DNA from: Gemmatimonadota bacterium | GTDB taxonomy: Bacteria; Gemmatimonadota; Gemmatimonadetes; Gemmatimonadales; GWC2-71-9 | Direction: 5' to 3' | Length of the DNA: 57,786 nt | Assembly: GCA_036679645.1 (NCBI GenBank) | Contig: JAZDCY010000037.1 | Span: 1 to 57,786, forward strand | Part shown: positions 29,888 to 40,139 of the stretch, piece by piece | How positions within the stretch are numbered: position 1 is the first letter of the stretch | Layout of the letters: each line of letters begins with the position of its first letter | Notes under the pieces: model-generated | Told to the model about the DNA's origin: nothing | Seen by the model: the letters and a program-made list of their open reading frames with translations, nothing else | The model's database searches: none | Made by a program: the position numbers and the translations under genes

Positions 29888-31332
29888 ACCGCGGAGGTGT
29901 CCTCCGCCCCCTCATCCGCGGCAGCGGCAGCAGGGGCTTCCGTCTCCTGGTCCGGGGCCTGTGCCGCCTCCGTTCCCTCCTCTGCGGCGGCAACAGCAGG
30001 GGCTTCCGTGTCCGGTGCCGGCGGAGCCTCCGGTTTCTCGCTGTCCTCGGTCAACTCGGTCAGGAAGGCCACGAGCGTGTCGGCATGCTCTTTGGAGATG
30101 TCCGGGAGAGCCCTTACCTCTTCGGGCTCCAAGTCGATTACGTCGCCCAGCCGTTTGAGACCCTGCGCGGCAAGGGTCGCCACCATCTCCGCCGGCAGGC
30201 CCTTCAGGTCGGTCAGGACCACGTCCACGACGCTCTCTTCTTCCTCTTCTAGCGGGGCAAAGAGCGGACTTTCACCGCCCCGCTCGAGCCACTCGCGGCT
30301 CGAGTAGAGATCGATCTTCCAGCCGGTCAACTCCGACGCCAGCCGCACATTCTGACCGTTTCGGCCAATTGCCAGCGACAACTGATCTTCATCTACGACG
30401 GCCTGAATCGTCTTGGTTTCCGGTTCGGAGAAGACGCGAGCGACGCGCGCCGGCGCCAACGCGAGCTTCGCGAACCGTTCGGGATCTGGTGACCACGGGA
30501 CGATATCTATCCGCTCCCCGCCCAGTTCGTTGACGACCGCCTGGACGCGGCTGCCCTTCAGTCCCACGCATGCCCCGACCGGGTCAATGGCATCGTCCCG
30601 GCTGACGACGGCGATCTTGGTACGACTTCCCACCTCGCGAGCGGCGGCACGCACGGATACGACGCCCTGCTGGATTTCGGGAACCTCGAGCCTGAAGAGT
30701 GCCTGCACAAACAGGGGGTCACCCCGCGACAACACCAATCGTGGGCCCTTGGGTGTCTCCTCGAGCCGCTTCAGCACGGCCCGAATCGTGTCGCCCTGGT
30801 GGAAGTGTTCCCGATGGTTCTGTTCCCGATATGGGATGATTGCCTCCGCCTCGCGGAAGCGGTTGATCATGATGACGAGTTTGCCGCGCTCGATTTGCTG
30901 GATCTCGCCCGACAGGAGTTCGCCCACCCTGTCCGCGAACTCCTCGCGAATCCGAGCGCGCTCCCCCTCGCGCACGCGCTGGATGATGCGCTGCTTCGCC
31001 GCCTGGACGGCAATGCGCCCGAAGTCCTCGAACGGGACCTCTTCCTCCAACACGTCGCCCACCTCGAAGTCGGAGTCCTCCCACTGGGCGTCCTCCAGAG
31101 AAATCTGGCAGGCCGCGTCCTCGACCTCTTCCACCACACTGCGGAGGAGGGTGACCCGGAGTTCGCCCTTCATCTCGTCGACTTCAATCTCCGCGCGGAC
31201 GGTCGCCCCATACTTCTTCACTAGGGCGGCGTTGATACCGTCCTTGAGAAGGTCCAGGAGGCTGTCCCGATCCAGTTGCTTGCTGCTTGCCAGCTCCTGG
31301 ATCGCCGCCAGAACGTCGGCGGGAGTCGCCAT
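29884..31332 (-). CDS. nusA: Transcription termination factor NusA
   Basis: FGRIAVQAAKQ, S1 and KH domains, LSLAIGRNGQNVRLAS. Confidence 0.98.
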   Translation of the reverse strand: MATPADVLAAIQELASSKQLDRDSLLDLLKDGINAALVKKYGATVRAEIEVDEMKGELRVTLLRSVVEEVEDAACQISLEDAQWEDSDFEVGDVLEEEVPFEDFGRIAVQAAKQRIIQRVREGERARIREEFADRVGELLSGEIQQIERGKLVIMINRFREAEAIIPYREQNHREHFHQGDTIRAVLKRLEETPKGPRLVLSRGDPLFVQALFRLEVPEIQQGVVSVRAAAREVGSRTKIAVVSRDDAIDPVGACVGLKGSRVQAVVNELGGERIDIVPWSPDPERFAKLALAPARVARVFSEPETKTIQAVVDEDQLSLAIGRNGQNVRLASELTGWKIDLYSSREWLERGGESPLFAPLEEEEESVVDVVLTDLKGLPAEMVATLAAQGLKRLGDVIDLEPEEVRALPDISKEHADTLVAFLTELTEDSEKPEAPPAPDTEAPAVAAAEEGTEAAQAPDQETEAPAAAAADEGAEDTSAV

Positions 31333-31341
31333 GACTTCTCC

Positions 31342-31830
31342 TTACCTAGGTGATGTTCCGAGCGCGTCCCAATCGACCGCAAGTGTCGCATTGCGTAGCG
31401 TATCGAGCGGTACCGTGATTTCCTCTTCCCGATCAACGAGGCGCAGCGCCACCTTCTCTCCCTCCACACCGGCGATCGTTGCCCGCACGCGTCCCACATC
31501 CGTCACCGTGACGTTCACGTCCCGCCCAACGAACCGGACCCAGTGCTCGCGCCACCGGAGTGGGCGTTCCACGCCGGGCGACGACACCTCGAGGACATAG
31601 CGCGGGCCCAAGACGCCGGTTTCGTCCAACCACTGTTCGAGCGCCCGCGACACCTCAGCGCATTCATCGACGGTGATTCCCTGTCCCGGAACCGCGTCGG
31701 GGCGATCGATGCGGATCTGAACTCGCATCTGTCTGCCAGCTCCCCTACGCCGCAGGTCGGCCACATCGTAGCCCAGGCTCGCAACGCGCGCGCGAACCTC
31801 CTGCGTGAACTGAGCTAGGGTGTCTGCCAT
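31342..31830 (-). CDS. rimP: Ribosome maturation factor RimP
   Basis: GITVDECAEVSR, YVLEVSSPGVERPL. Confidence 0.96.
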   Translation of the reverse strand: MADTLAQFTQEVRARVASLGYDVADLRRRGAGRQMRVQIRIDRPDAVPGQGITVDECAEVSRALEQWLDETGVLGPRYVLEVSSPGVERPLRWREHWVRFVGRDVNVTVTDVGRVRATIAGVEGEKVALRLVDREEEITVPLDTLRNATLAVDWDALGTSPR

Positions 31831-31848
31831 CGAGACATACCGTCAGAC

Positions 31849-31880
31849 AAAAAAAAGCGCGGGCATAGCTTCGCCCGCTT
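31849..31880 (-). terminator. rimP-leader terminator/attenuator hairpin
   Basis: GCGGGC-N8-GCCCGC followed by a T8 run between the promoter and the rimP start, matching the known rimP leader arrangement. Confidence 0.75.
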
Positions 31881-31891
31881 CACAGTTATGG

Positions 31892-31919
31892 AATATATCG
31901 GCCGCCTGCTGTCCGTCAA
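31892..31919 (-). promoter_or_regulatory. Sigma70-type promoter of the rimP-nusA-infB operon
   Basis: TTGACG-16 nt-TATATT. Confidence 0.65.
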
Positions 31920-31962
31920 GCACTCCCGGACCCCCTGCCGAAACCGGAGGCAAGTCCTTGGT

Positions 31963-32627
31963 TTACCCCTCTAATCCGCGGGGCCGGCCGAGGTAGGCGA
32001 TACCGCGTCCAGCTCGCGAGCCGTCGCGTCGATGGGAATGGAATCGGCGTCCGTCATGTGCCGTGCACCAGGTGCTCATCGAGATCTGACGGATCCCGAG
32101 GGCCCGTGCCCGTAGCGCCAACTCCCCGCGCAGATCCAGGTGCGTCGCGCCCTCGGGCTCCGCACCCCTGACCTCGCGAGCCACCTCAGAACCCACTTCA
32201 TAACAAGACCCGCAAATACTTATGCCAAAATGGATTAGGATCTCGTAGCGTGAACAGGATGCCCGCGTGGCGAGCGCGTCGACACCCTTTTCGAGGATCC
32301 CTTTCGCCGTTCCCCGCCATCCGGCGTGGAGTAGTCCGAGGGTGCCGGTGCCGGGGTGAGCCAGGTAACACGGTACGCAGTCGGCGACGGTGACGGTGAG
32401 GAGGAGGCCCGGGGCTGCGGTTACGTGCCCATCGATGTCGTCGAGCACGGTCCAACCGGTGAGCGGCCGATCGTGGACGGCGATTTCCGCGAGAAACCCT
32501 CTGCCCGTTCCGTGATGCCCGCGACGACGCCGAGCTCTTTCCAGCCCGGGATCTCGAGGAGCGGAAGGTCGGTGGGATTGTGGGATGCCGGGCGCTCGGC
32601 AACGCGGGGGAAGTCGTCTCCGGTCAC
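31963..32627 (-). pseudogene. pgeF: PgeF/YfiH (laccase-domain) gene with an apparent internal deletion and frameshift near 32490
   Basis: N-terminus (VVAGITERAEGF) is in one frame; DGHVT...VADCVP...HAGWRG...CYEVG...WCT...SHRR is in another. The QVH motif segment is absent. Confidence 0.75.
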
Positions 32628-33922
32628 TGCTCCGGATCGGGATCGCCGACGCGCTCGATATCGGCGCCCAACGCCCTGAGCCGCTCGTCGATGCGCTCGT
32701 AGCCGCGGTCGATCTGCCCGATGTTATGGATGACACTCTCGCCTTGGGCGGCGAGCGCCGCGAGGAGCATGGCCATGCCCGCTCGGATATCGGGACTCTC
32801 TACTACGCCCCCGCGCAGGCGGGCCGGTCCCGAGATCACAACCCGGTGTGGATCGCAGAGCACCGCGCGCGCACCGAGTCCGACCAGTTTGTCCACGAAG
32901 AAGAGTCGCGATTCGAACATCTTCTCGAAGACCATTACTACACCGTCGCACTGTGTCGCCACGACCACCGCGATCGAGGTCAGATCAGCGGGGAATGCCG
33001 GCCAGGGACCGTCCTCGATCTTGGGCACGTGCCCGTCCAGATCCGGACGGATGCGGCGTTCCTGCGAACTGGCGATATGCAGCCGGTCGTTGTCGATGCG
33101 GGGCCGAACGCCAAGGCGATCGAACGGCAGGAGGATGGGCAGGAGATCGTCGGGTCGCACGCCCTCGACGGTGATGTCGCCATCGGTGACGGCAGCCAAG
33201 CCGATGAAACTCCCGACCTCGATATGGTCGGGTCCGACCTCGATGGATGCGCCCGAGAGCCGATCCACGCCCTCGATGTTGAGCACGTTAGTGCCTATGC
33301 CGTCGATCTGCGCGCCCATGGTGACGAGACCGCGCGCGAGATCCTGCACGTGCGGCTCGCACGCGGCGTTGCGAAGGACGGTGCGTCCCTTGGCGAGTAC
33401 CGCCGCCATCAGGGCGTTCTCCGTGGCGGTCACACTGGGCTCATCTAGAAAGAGATTGGTCCCCGCAAGCGCCCGAGCCGTTACCTGGTAGGCGTCCCCT
33501 ATCTCGACCTCGGCCCCCAGACGCTCAAAGGCGAGGAAGTGCGTGTCGAGTCGGCGCCGCCCAATGACATCGCCGCCCGGTGGCGGCAGTATCACAGAGC
33601 CATGCCGCGCGAGCAACGGGCCCGCCAATAGCACGGAGGCCCTGAGCTGCGCGCACAGGGCGGGATTCGGGGCCTGATGTTGCAAGCCCGCAGGATCGAG
33701 CCGGAGCGTATTTCCGCCGGTCCACTCAACCGTGACGCCAAGGTCACCGAGAATCTGAAGCAGGATGTCGACGTCCCGAATGCGCGGCACGTTGCGCACC
33801 TCGGTTGGCTCATCGGTCAACAGTGCGGACGCGATGATCGGCAGGGCGGCGTTCTTGTTTCCCGCCGGCCGGACAGTGCCCTTTAGGGGCTGGCCTCCAC
33901 GAACGACGAAGCGTTGAGCCAT
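32624..33922 (-). CDS. murA: UDP-N-acetylglucosamine 1-carboxyvinyltransferase
   Basis: GNKNAALP, LRASVL, PGGDVIGRR, SVTATEN, DIRAG, IDRGYE. Confidence 0.97.
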   Translation of the reverse strand: MAQRFVVRGGQPLKGTVRPAGNKNAALPIIASALLTDEPTEVRNVPRIRDVDILLQILGDLGVTVEWTGGNTLRLDPAGLQHQAPNPALCAQLRASVLLAGPLLARHGSVILPPPGGDVIGRRRLDTHFLAFERLGAEVEIGDAYQVTARALAGTNLFLDEPSVTATENALMAAVLAKGRTVLRNAACEPHVQDLARGLVTMGAQIDGIGTNVLNIEGVDRLSGASIEVGPDHIEVGSFIGLAAVTDGDITVEGVRPDDLLPILLPFDRLGVRPRIDNDRLHIASSQERRIRPDLDGHVPKIEDGPWPAFPADLTSIAVVVATQCDGVVMVFEKMFESRLFFVDKLVGLGARAVLCDPHRVVISGPARLRGGVVESPDIRAGMAMLLAALAAQGESVIHNIGQIDRGYERIDERLRALGADIERVGDPDPEQ

Positions 33923-34040
33923 GTGCCGCGAACCATATGCGCAGGCCGCTCATAGCGTCAAGCGTCAGTTGACACTCGCAGGGGCCGGCGGGATGTTTCA
34001 CGGCAGAGCGTGGGACCAACGCTCGCTTGGAGGAAGGCAC

Positions 34041-34481
34041 GTGACGGGTTGGACTGCAGTGTTGACGGCGCTGTCGACGGCTATCATCGCGCTCGCTGTT
34101 GTGGCGTTTTCGGTGGCGGTCATAGCACTCACCAGGCGAATGACGGATTTGTCGCGCAACGTCGAGCGTCTTCTCGACACCATGGATCGTGATGCCCGCC
34201 CGGCACTGGAGGCGGTCCGCCGCACCGCCGATGAGGCGAGCCGCGTGGCGATCCTCGTCCGGGACGAAGCCGAGGGCGTCGTCCGTACGTCGAAGAGCGT
34301 GCGCGACCGCGTAGAACGAACGGCGGCGTCGCTCGAGGATCGGTTTATCGAGCTCGAGACGCTCGTTGGCCTGCTACAAAGCGAGGTGGAGGAAACTGTG
34401 CTGGATGTTGCCGCGGCGCTGCGGACGACCCGTCGCGGGTCGGGTCTCCTGAAGAAGATCAAGCGGGCGCTCGCGCGGTGA
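34041..34481 (+). CDS. Hypothetical membrane-anchored coiled-coil protein (DUF948-like)
   Basis: GGAGG RBS plus GTG; N-terminal TM then a helical region. Confidence 0.75.
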   Translation: MTGWTAVLTALSTAIIALAVVAFSVAVIALTRRMTDLSRNVERLLDTMDRDARPALEAVRRTADEASRVAILVRDEAEGVVRTSKSVRDRVERTAASLEDRFIELETLVGLLQSEVEETVLDVAAALRTTRRGSGLLKKIKRALAR

Positions 34482-34491
34482 GGTCCGGAGC

Positions 34492-35442
34492 ATGACCGCA
34501 CGGAGGGTCGCGGTGGCCGCCATTGCTGCCGTGCTCGCCATCGCGTTGGTCCCTTCCGACGCGCTGGCCTGGACGCCCGCCACACACATCTATCTCGGCG
34601 AGACGGTTCTGGCCAACCTGTCGCAGCTGCCTGTCGCCGTTGCGGCTCTGCTGCGGGCCTATCCCTACGACTATCTGTACGGCAACATCGCGGCTGATAC
34701 GTCCATGGCGAAGAAATACGCGCCGGTCGGTCGGCATTGTCATTCGTGGCACGTCGGGCAGGAGATCTACGATCGAGCGGACAGCGAGGCGCTGCGCGCG
34801 TTCGGGCTGGGGTATCTCTCCCATCTCGCGGCCGACGCCGTAGCCCACAACTTCTTCGTCCCGTGGCAGCTGGTTGTCACGTCGAGCACGATCGCCATCG
34901 GCCATTCCTATTGGGAAAGCCGGTTCGAGACCCATCTCGGCGAGCACTACGCGCGCAGCGCGATGGACGTGATTCGTCTGAACCACGCGGCCGCCGACGA
35001 GCATCTCGATCTGATTCTGTCACCCACGATCTTTTCCGTGCGCACGAGCCGACGGCTGTTCCGTGGCATGGTGGGGATTACCGAGACGCAGAGTTGGCAG
35101 CGCGCCTTCCGTCTCATGTCCGAGCGGAGTCGCTGGGATCTGGATGACGCGGAGGTGGAGCGTCAGATGGCGACGGCGTTTCAGCTCACCGTGGAGATGT
35201 TGATCGACGCCGGGCCGGTGCAGTTGGCGCGCAAGCTGGATCCATCTGGTGAGACGTCGCTTCACTTGGCAAAACGAATGCGTGTGGACGTGATACGGAG
35301 TCGCATTCCCAATGATGCCGGCCTGTTGCAGGAACTGGCAGAGGAGAACTTCGGTCTACCGTCCTATTCCCTGCCGTTCTGGGAGGCGTCACCGTCTGAG
35401 CGTCCATGGCGTATTGGCAACGGGAGCGCCCGCACGGCGTAA
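34492..35442 (+). CDS. Zinc-dependent phospholipase C family protein
   Basis: Signal peptide then W-TPATH, GNIAAD, GYLSHLAADAVAH, HSYWE. Confidence 0.85.
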   Translation: MTARRVAVAAIAAVLAIALVPSDALAWTPATHIYLGETVLANLSQLPVAVAALLRAYPYDYLYGNIAADTSMAKKYAPVGRHCHSWHVGQEIYDRADSEALRAFGLGYLSHLAADAVAHNFFVPWQLVVTSSTIAIGHSYWESRFETHLGEHYARSAMDVIRLNHAAADEHLDLILSPTIFSVRTSRRLFRGMVGITETQSWQRAFRLMSERSRWDLDDAEVERQMATAFQLTVEMLIDAGPVQLARKLDPSGETSLHLAKRMRVDVIRSRIPNDAGLLQELAEENFGLPSYSLPFWEASPSERPWRIGNGSARTA

Positions 35443-35468
35443 CTGCCAGCCCTCGGAATTCACTTCCG

Positions 35469-37700
35469 TCATGCGGATTCCCAGTCGCGCTCGAGGCCCG
35501 CGTAGGCGACGAGCAACTGTTTGCGGCCGATCTCTCCATCGTCGAACTCGACATCTACCTTGAGGTCGCGTCCGCGGCCCGCGAGACCGCAGATTGTGCC
35601 CGACCCGAAGCGCCGGTGCCGCACGCGCTCGCCTTTCACATATCGGGGCAGGTCCTGCGACACGTTCGCGATGTCGTCGTCGGCTTCCAGCGACGGCGCC
35701 GCGACGGCACCGAGCCAAGGTGGCGGTGTGGGCTTCTTGCGGAAAAGGTCGCCGCCGAATACGCCGCTGCTCCGGCGCTCATCGACGATGCCGGGCGGGA
35801 TCGCGTCGAGGAAACGCGATCTTGTTCCCGGCATGAGCTGCCCACCGCGGCGCCGAGCCCGTGCCCAGCTGAGGTAGAGTCGATCCCGCGCTCGTGTCAC
35901 AGCGACATACGCCAGGCGACGCTCCTCCTCCACGCCCTCCGCGGTCTCCAGCGAGCGGCTCAGCGGGAACAGGCCGTCTTCCAGCCCCGTGGCGAAGACC
36001 ACGGGCCACTCGAGACCCTTGGCGGTGTGCACGGTCATGAGTGAGACCCCGTCGGGGTCCCCACCCGCCTGCTCGGCCGACGTCGTGAGCGTTGCCGATG
36101 CGAGGAACCGTTCCACCGGAGATGTCGGATCCTCCGCGTCGGCCTCCTCCGACCACTCCGCCGCGCCTGCGAGAAGCTCACGCACGTTCTCGACGCGTTC
36201 CATTCCTTCGGGACCATCGTCCTCGAGGTACGACTCGTACTGGATGGCCTCGACGATCCGCTCGAGCAGTGCGGCGGGCGTGGTGTCCTCGATGTGGTTG
36301 CGCAACCCGTCGATCAAGGCAACGAAGTCTTCGAGGGCCCGCGTCGCGCGTGCACGGAGCCCGGGCACGCGTCCAGCGATGCGCGCGGTCTCGAACAGCG
36401 TCTTGCCCCACTGACCGGCGTTTTCCTGCAGGATGGCGAGCGTCGTGAGGCCCAAGCCTCGCTTCGGGACCTGCGTCGCGCGCATGAACGACTCGTTGTC
36501 GGCCGGATTCACCGTCAGGCGCAGATAGGCGAGCAGATCCTTCACCTCGCGGCGTTCGTAGAAGCTGATCGCGCCGACGACCTGGTACGGCACGCTCACG
36601 CGCCTGAACGACTCTTCGAACGCGCGTGACTGCGCGTTGGTGCGGTACAACACCGCCATGTCCCGGTGCGCATAGAGATCGGTTGCCGCCCGCTCACGGA
36701 TCTCGCGCGCTATCCACTCGGCCTCGTCCCGTTCGTCCGCCGTTGCGACGAGCGTGACGGGTTCTCCGCCGCGTCGGTTGGTAAAGAGCGTCTTGCCCAG
36801 CCGGTCGGTGTTTTCCGCGATGAGCCCATTGGCAGCATCGAGGATGATCTGGGTCGAGCGGTAGTTCTCTTCGAGACGGACCAGCGTAGTACCGGGAAAA
36901 TCGTTCTGGAAGTCGAGCATGTTGCGCAGATCCGCGCCGCGCCATCCGTAGATCGATTGATCGTCGTCGCCCACGACACAGATGTGTCGGTGCTTGCGCG
37001 CGAGGTGTCGGACCAGAAGATACTGTGCGCGGTTGGTATCCTGGAACTCGTCCACGAGAATCGCGCGGAACCGTTGTTGGTACCGCTCGAGTCGTTCGGG
37101 GCGCTCGTGAAAGAGCGTCAGCGGATGGAGCAGCAGGTCGTCGAAATCCATGGCGTTCGCCATACGGAGCGCCTCGCTCAACGCGCGGTAGATCTCCGCT
37201 GCGACGCGCTCGGTGTTATCCTCGGCCGCTGCCGCCATCTCCTCGGGAAGCACCATCCGGTTCTTGGCGTGTGAGATGATGTGCCGAATCAGCTTGGGCG
37301 GGTAGGCGCGAGGGGCGTATCCCCGTTGTTCGAGCAGCCGCTTGATCAGGGCCTGACGGTCTGCCTCGTCGTAAATCGAGAACTGGGGCGTGAAGCCCAG
37401 ATGATGTGCCTCGCGCCGTAGGAGCCGTGCGGCCAACGAATGAAACGTCCCGATCCAGAGTCCAGCCGGTTCCCGCCCGAGCAGCTCTGCCACCCTGTGG
37501 CGCATCTCGCGCGCCGCCTTGTTCGTGAATGTGACGGCGAAGATGCAATCGGGCCGGAGCCCGTGCTGTGTCACGAGATGTACGAGCCGGGCGGTCAGGA
37601 CACGTGTCTTACCGGAACCGGCGCCCGCTAGTACGAGCAGCGGCCCGTCGGCATACTCGACGGCTGCGCGCTGCGCGTTGTTTAGAGGGACGTCCGTCAC
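35469..37700 (-). CDS. pcrA: ATP-dependent DNA helicase PcrA/UvrD
   Basis: AGAGSGKT, VDEFQDTN, GDDDQSIYGWRGA, NYRST, HTAKGLE, EERRLAYVAVTRA, C-terminal Tudor. Confidence 0.96.
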   Translation of the reverse strand: MTDVPLNNAQRAAVEYADGPLLVLAGAGSGKTRVLTARLVHLVTQHGLRPDCIFAVTFTNKAAREMRHRVAELLGREPAGLWIGTFHSLAARLLRREAHHLGFTPQFSIYDEADRQALIKRLLEQRGYAPRAYPPKLIRHIISHAKNRMVLPEEMAAAAEDNTERVAAEIYRALSEALRMANAMDFDDLLLHPLTLFHERPERLERYQQRFRAILVDEFQDTNRAQYLLVRHLARKHRHICVVGDDDQSIYGWRGADLRNMLDFQNDFPGTTLVRLEENYRSTQIILDAANGLIAENTDRLGKTLFTNRRGGEPVTLVATADERDEAEWIAREIRERAATDLYAHRDMAVLYRTNAQSRAFEESFRRVSVPYQVVGAISFYERREVKDLLAYLRLTVNPADNESFMRATQVPKRGLGLTTLAILQENAGQWGKTLFETARIAGRVPGLRARATRALEDFVALIDGLRNHIEDTTPAALLERIVEAIQYESYLEDDGPEGMERVENVRELLAGAAEWSEEADAEDPTSPVERFLASATLTTSAEQAGGDPDGVSLMTVHTAKGLEWPVVFATGLEDGLFPLSRSLETAEGVEEERRLAYVAVTRARDRLYLSWARARRRGGQLMPGTRSRFLDAIPPGIVDERRSSGVFGGDLFRKKPTPPPWLGAVAAPSLEADDDIANVSQDLPRYVKGERVRHRRFGSGTICGLAGRGRDLKVDVEFDDGEIGRKQLLVAYAGLERDWESA

Positions 37701-38863
37701 GCGCTCGTCGTCGGAATCTCGGCCAGGAACGCCGCTCCCTCCTCGGATGGCATGAGGCGCAGCGACCCTTCGTGCACGTCCTCGATGATCCGCCGGGTAA
37801 GGGCGAGTCCGATACCCCACCCTCCCGGCTTGCTGGTGACGCCGGGTTCGAACACGCGCGCTCGCAGCTCTGCCGGCACGCCGGGGCCGTTGTCGGAAAT
37901 GCAGATTGCCGCCCCATTGCCCGTCTCGCCGACCTCAACGCGGATCGTGCCGCCGCGCCCGCTCAAGGCATCGATTGCGTTACGCACCATCGCCTCGACG
38001 GCCCACTCGAGGAGAATCGCGTCGCCGTGCAAGAATGGTCCCGCGTCTGGTGCCTCTACCACGATCGTCACCTGGTGCGCGTGACGTGGCAGCCGCGGCG
38101 TGAAGTAGTGAGCCACGCGCTCCGCCACGGCGCCCAGCCCCACGCGGTCGCGCCGCGCCGGTCGGCCAATGCGCTCGAAACGTTGTGCCACGCGTTGCAG
38201 TCGCTCGAGATCGGCTTTCAGGTAGCGACTGACCTCCGTCACGTCGCTGTCCCCGTCCGTCAGCCGATCGATCCAGGCGTTCGCGCTCATCAGCGGCGTA
38301 CCGAGCTGATGTGCCGACTCGCGCGCCATCGCCACCCAGAGGCGGTCTTGGTCGCGCCGCATGGCGGCGTGATAGGCCCAGAACCCCGCAGCAACCGCGC
38401 TGATGAGCAGGGTGAACTGCAGGGCGGCGAGCAAGCGCAGGCGGCGGGTCACGGGTAGATCACCAAAATGCACTTCCCCGAGTCCGGGGATCGCGATGGG
38501 TGGGTGGTTCTGGTCCAACCGGCGTACGAAGTCTGCCACCCGCGGATCTTCGGGTGAGGCATCGAACGGCAGGTTCTGCGCGCTCGTGGGCCTGCCCGCA
38601 GTGTCGGTCACGACTACGGGGAGCCCGGTTGCTCGAATCTGGGTTACCAAGTGCAACAGCACCTCGACGTGGGCGCCGGGTGTGGTGTCTCCAAGCGCCG
38701 CGATCACCTGACCGAAGATCCGGGAGTTGCCGCGCGCCTCGCTGCGAAGGTGTCCCGACACGTCCCAGGCCTGCCAGAGCGAGACGCCGCTCAACAGGAC
38801 GACGAGTCCCAGGACAACCCCCGGGCCGTAATGCCGGAGCCGACGGGATAGTCTAGTCGTCAC
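37697..38863 (-). CDS. Membrane sensor histidine kinase
   Basis: Two TMs; H-box ESAHQLGTP; NAIDA, DNGPG, GWGIGLAL. Confidence 0.93.
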   Translation of the reverse strand: MTTRLSRRLRHYGPGVVLGLVVLLSGVSLWQAWDVSGHLRSEARGNSRIFGQVIAALGDTTPGAHVEVLLHLVTQIRATGLPVVVTDTAGRPTSAQNLPFDASPEDPRVADFVRRLDQNHPPIAIPGLGEVHFGDLPVTRRLRLLAALQFTLLISAVAAGFWAYHAAMRRDQDRLWVAMARESAHQLGTPLMSANAWIDRLTDGDSDVTEVSRYLKADLERLQRVAQRFERIGRPARRDRVGLGAVAERVAHYFTPRLPRHAHQVTIVVEAPDAGPFLHGDAILLEWAVEAMVRNAIDALSGRGGTIRVEVGETGNGAAICISDNGPGVPAELRARVFEPGVTSKPGGWGIGLALTRRIIEDVHEGSLRLMPSEEGAAFLAEIPTTSA

Positions 38864-40133
38864 CGGGCGCCAGCCGGTCGGCGCCGACATAGGGAGCCAG
38901 GGCGTCCGGCAGCCTGACCGAGCCGTCCGATTGCTGGTGGTTCTCCAGCAGGGCGATGATCGTGCGCGGGAACGCCACACCCGACGCATTCAGAGTGTGC
39001 ACGAAAGATGGCTTTGCGTTTGGCGTGGGCCGGTACCGAATGTTCGCACGACGGGCCTGAAAATCTGCAAACGTGCTTGCGCTGGAGACCTCGAGCCATC
39101 TGTCGACGCCAGGGGCCCACACCTCGAGATCGTACGTCCTGGCGCTCGCAAACCCGAGCTCGCCGGTCGCGAGCGAGACTACGCGGTAGGGCAGCTCGAG
39201 GCGCTCCAGCACCGCGGCGGCCTGTGTGACTAGCAGCTCCAACGCCTCTGCCGAGTCTTCGGGGCGTGTAAAACGGACCAGCTCGACCTTGTCGAACTGG
39301 TGGACCCGGATGAGACCGCGCGTGTCCTTACCGTGGGCGCCCGCCTCGCGTCGGAAGCACGGTGTGCAGGCGGTGTAAGCTACCGGTAGGGCCGCGGCCG
39401 GCAGGATCTCGTCGCGGTGCAGGTTGGTCAGCGGCACCTCCGCCGTCGGTACCAGATAGAATCCGTCGGCGGTCACGTACATCGTTCCTTCTTTGTCGGG
39501 TAGCTGGCCGGTCCCGCGCGCGGAGTCGGCGTTCACCATCAGCGGGGGGGCAATCTCCGTATAGCCGTGGTCCCCGGTGTGGATATCGAGCATGAACGAG
39601 GCCAATGCTCGTACCAGGCGCGCCCCCTGGCCCACGAACACGGGGAATCCGCTCCCGGTTACCTTGGCGCCCCGCGCCAGGTCGAGGATCCCAAGCGCTT
39701 CCCCCAAGTCCCAATGCGGCCGTGGCGTAAAGGCGAAGGAGGGACGCTCGCCCCACGTCCGGACGACCTCGTTAGCCTCTTCACCGCCGGTCGCTACGTC
39801 GTCGAGCGGCGGATTGGGGATCTGCAGCAGTGTGTGCTCGAGCGCAGCGTCCACGCCGCCGGTCTCGTCGTCCAGGCTCTTGATAGAGTCGCTCAGTTGC
39901 TTGAGCGCTTCCAGGAGATGGGCGGCGTCTTCGCCCGACCTTTTTTTTCGAGCGACCTCCTGCGACTGCGCGTTGCGATTGGCCTTGAGTCCCTCGACTT
40001 CTTTCAGGAGATCGCGCCGGCGGTGATCTAGGCGCAGGGCCTCATCGAGCAACTCGGCCGCCGCTGGGTCGCGGCGAACGAGCGCCGCCCGCACGGACCC
40101 GGGCGATTCGCGTACGGCGCGGATGTCGAGCAC
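38853..40133 (-). CDS. serS: Seryl-tRNA synthetase
   Basis: PTAEVP, CFRREAG, RVHQFDKVE, EVSSAS, HTLNAS. Confidence 0.98.
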   Translation of the reverse strand: MLDIRAVRESPGSVRAALVRRDPAAAELLDEALRLDHRRRDLLKEVEGLKANRNAQSQEVARKKRSGEDAAHLLEALKQLSDSIKSLDDETGGVDAALEHTLLQIPNPPLDDVATGGEEANEVVRTWGERPSFAFTPRPHWDLGEALGILDLARGAKVTGSGFPVFVGQGARLVRALASFMLDIHTGDHGYTEIAPPLMVNADSARGTGQLPDKEGTMYVTADGFYLVPTAEVPLTNLHRDEILPAAALPVAYTACTPCFRREAGAHGKDTRGLIRVHQFDKVELVRFTRPEDSAEALELLVTQAAAVLERLELPYRVVSLATGELGFASARTYDLEVWAPGVDRWLEVSSASTFADFQARRANIRYRPTPNAKPSFVHTLNASGVAFPRTIIALLENHQQSDGSVRLPDALAPYVGADRLAPGDD

Positions 40134-40139
40134 GCGACG

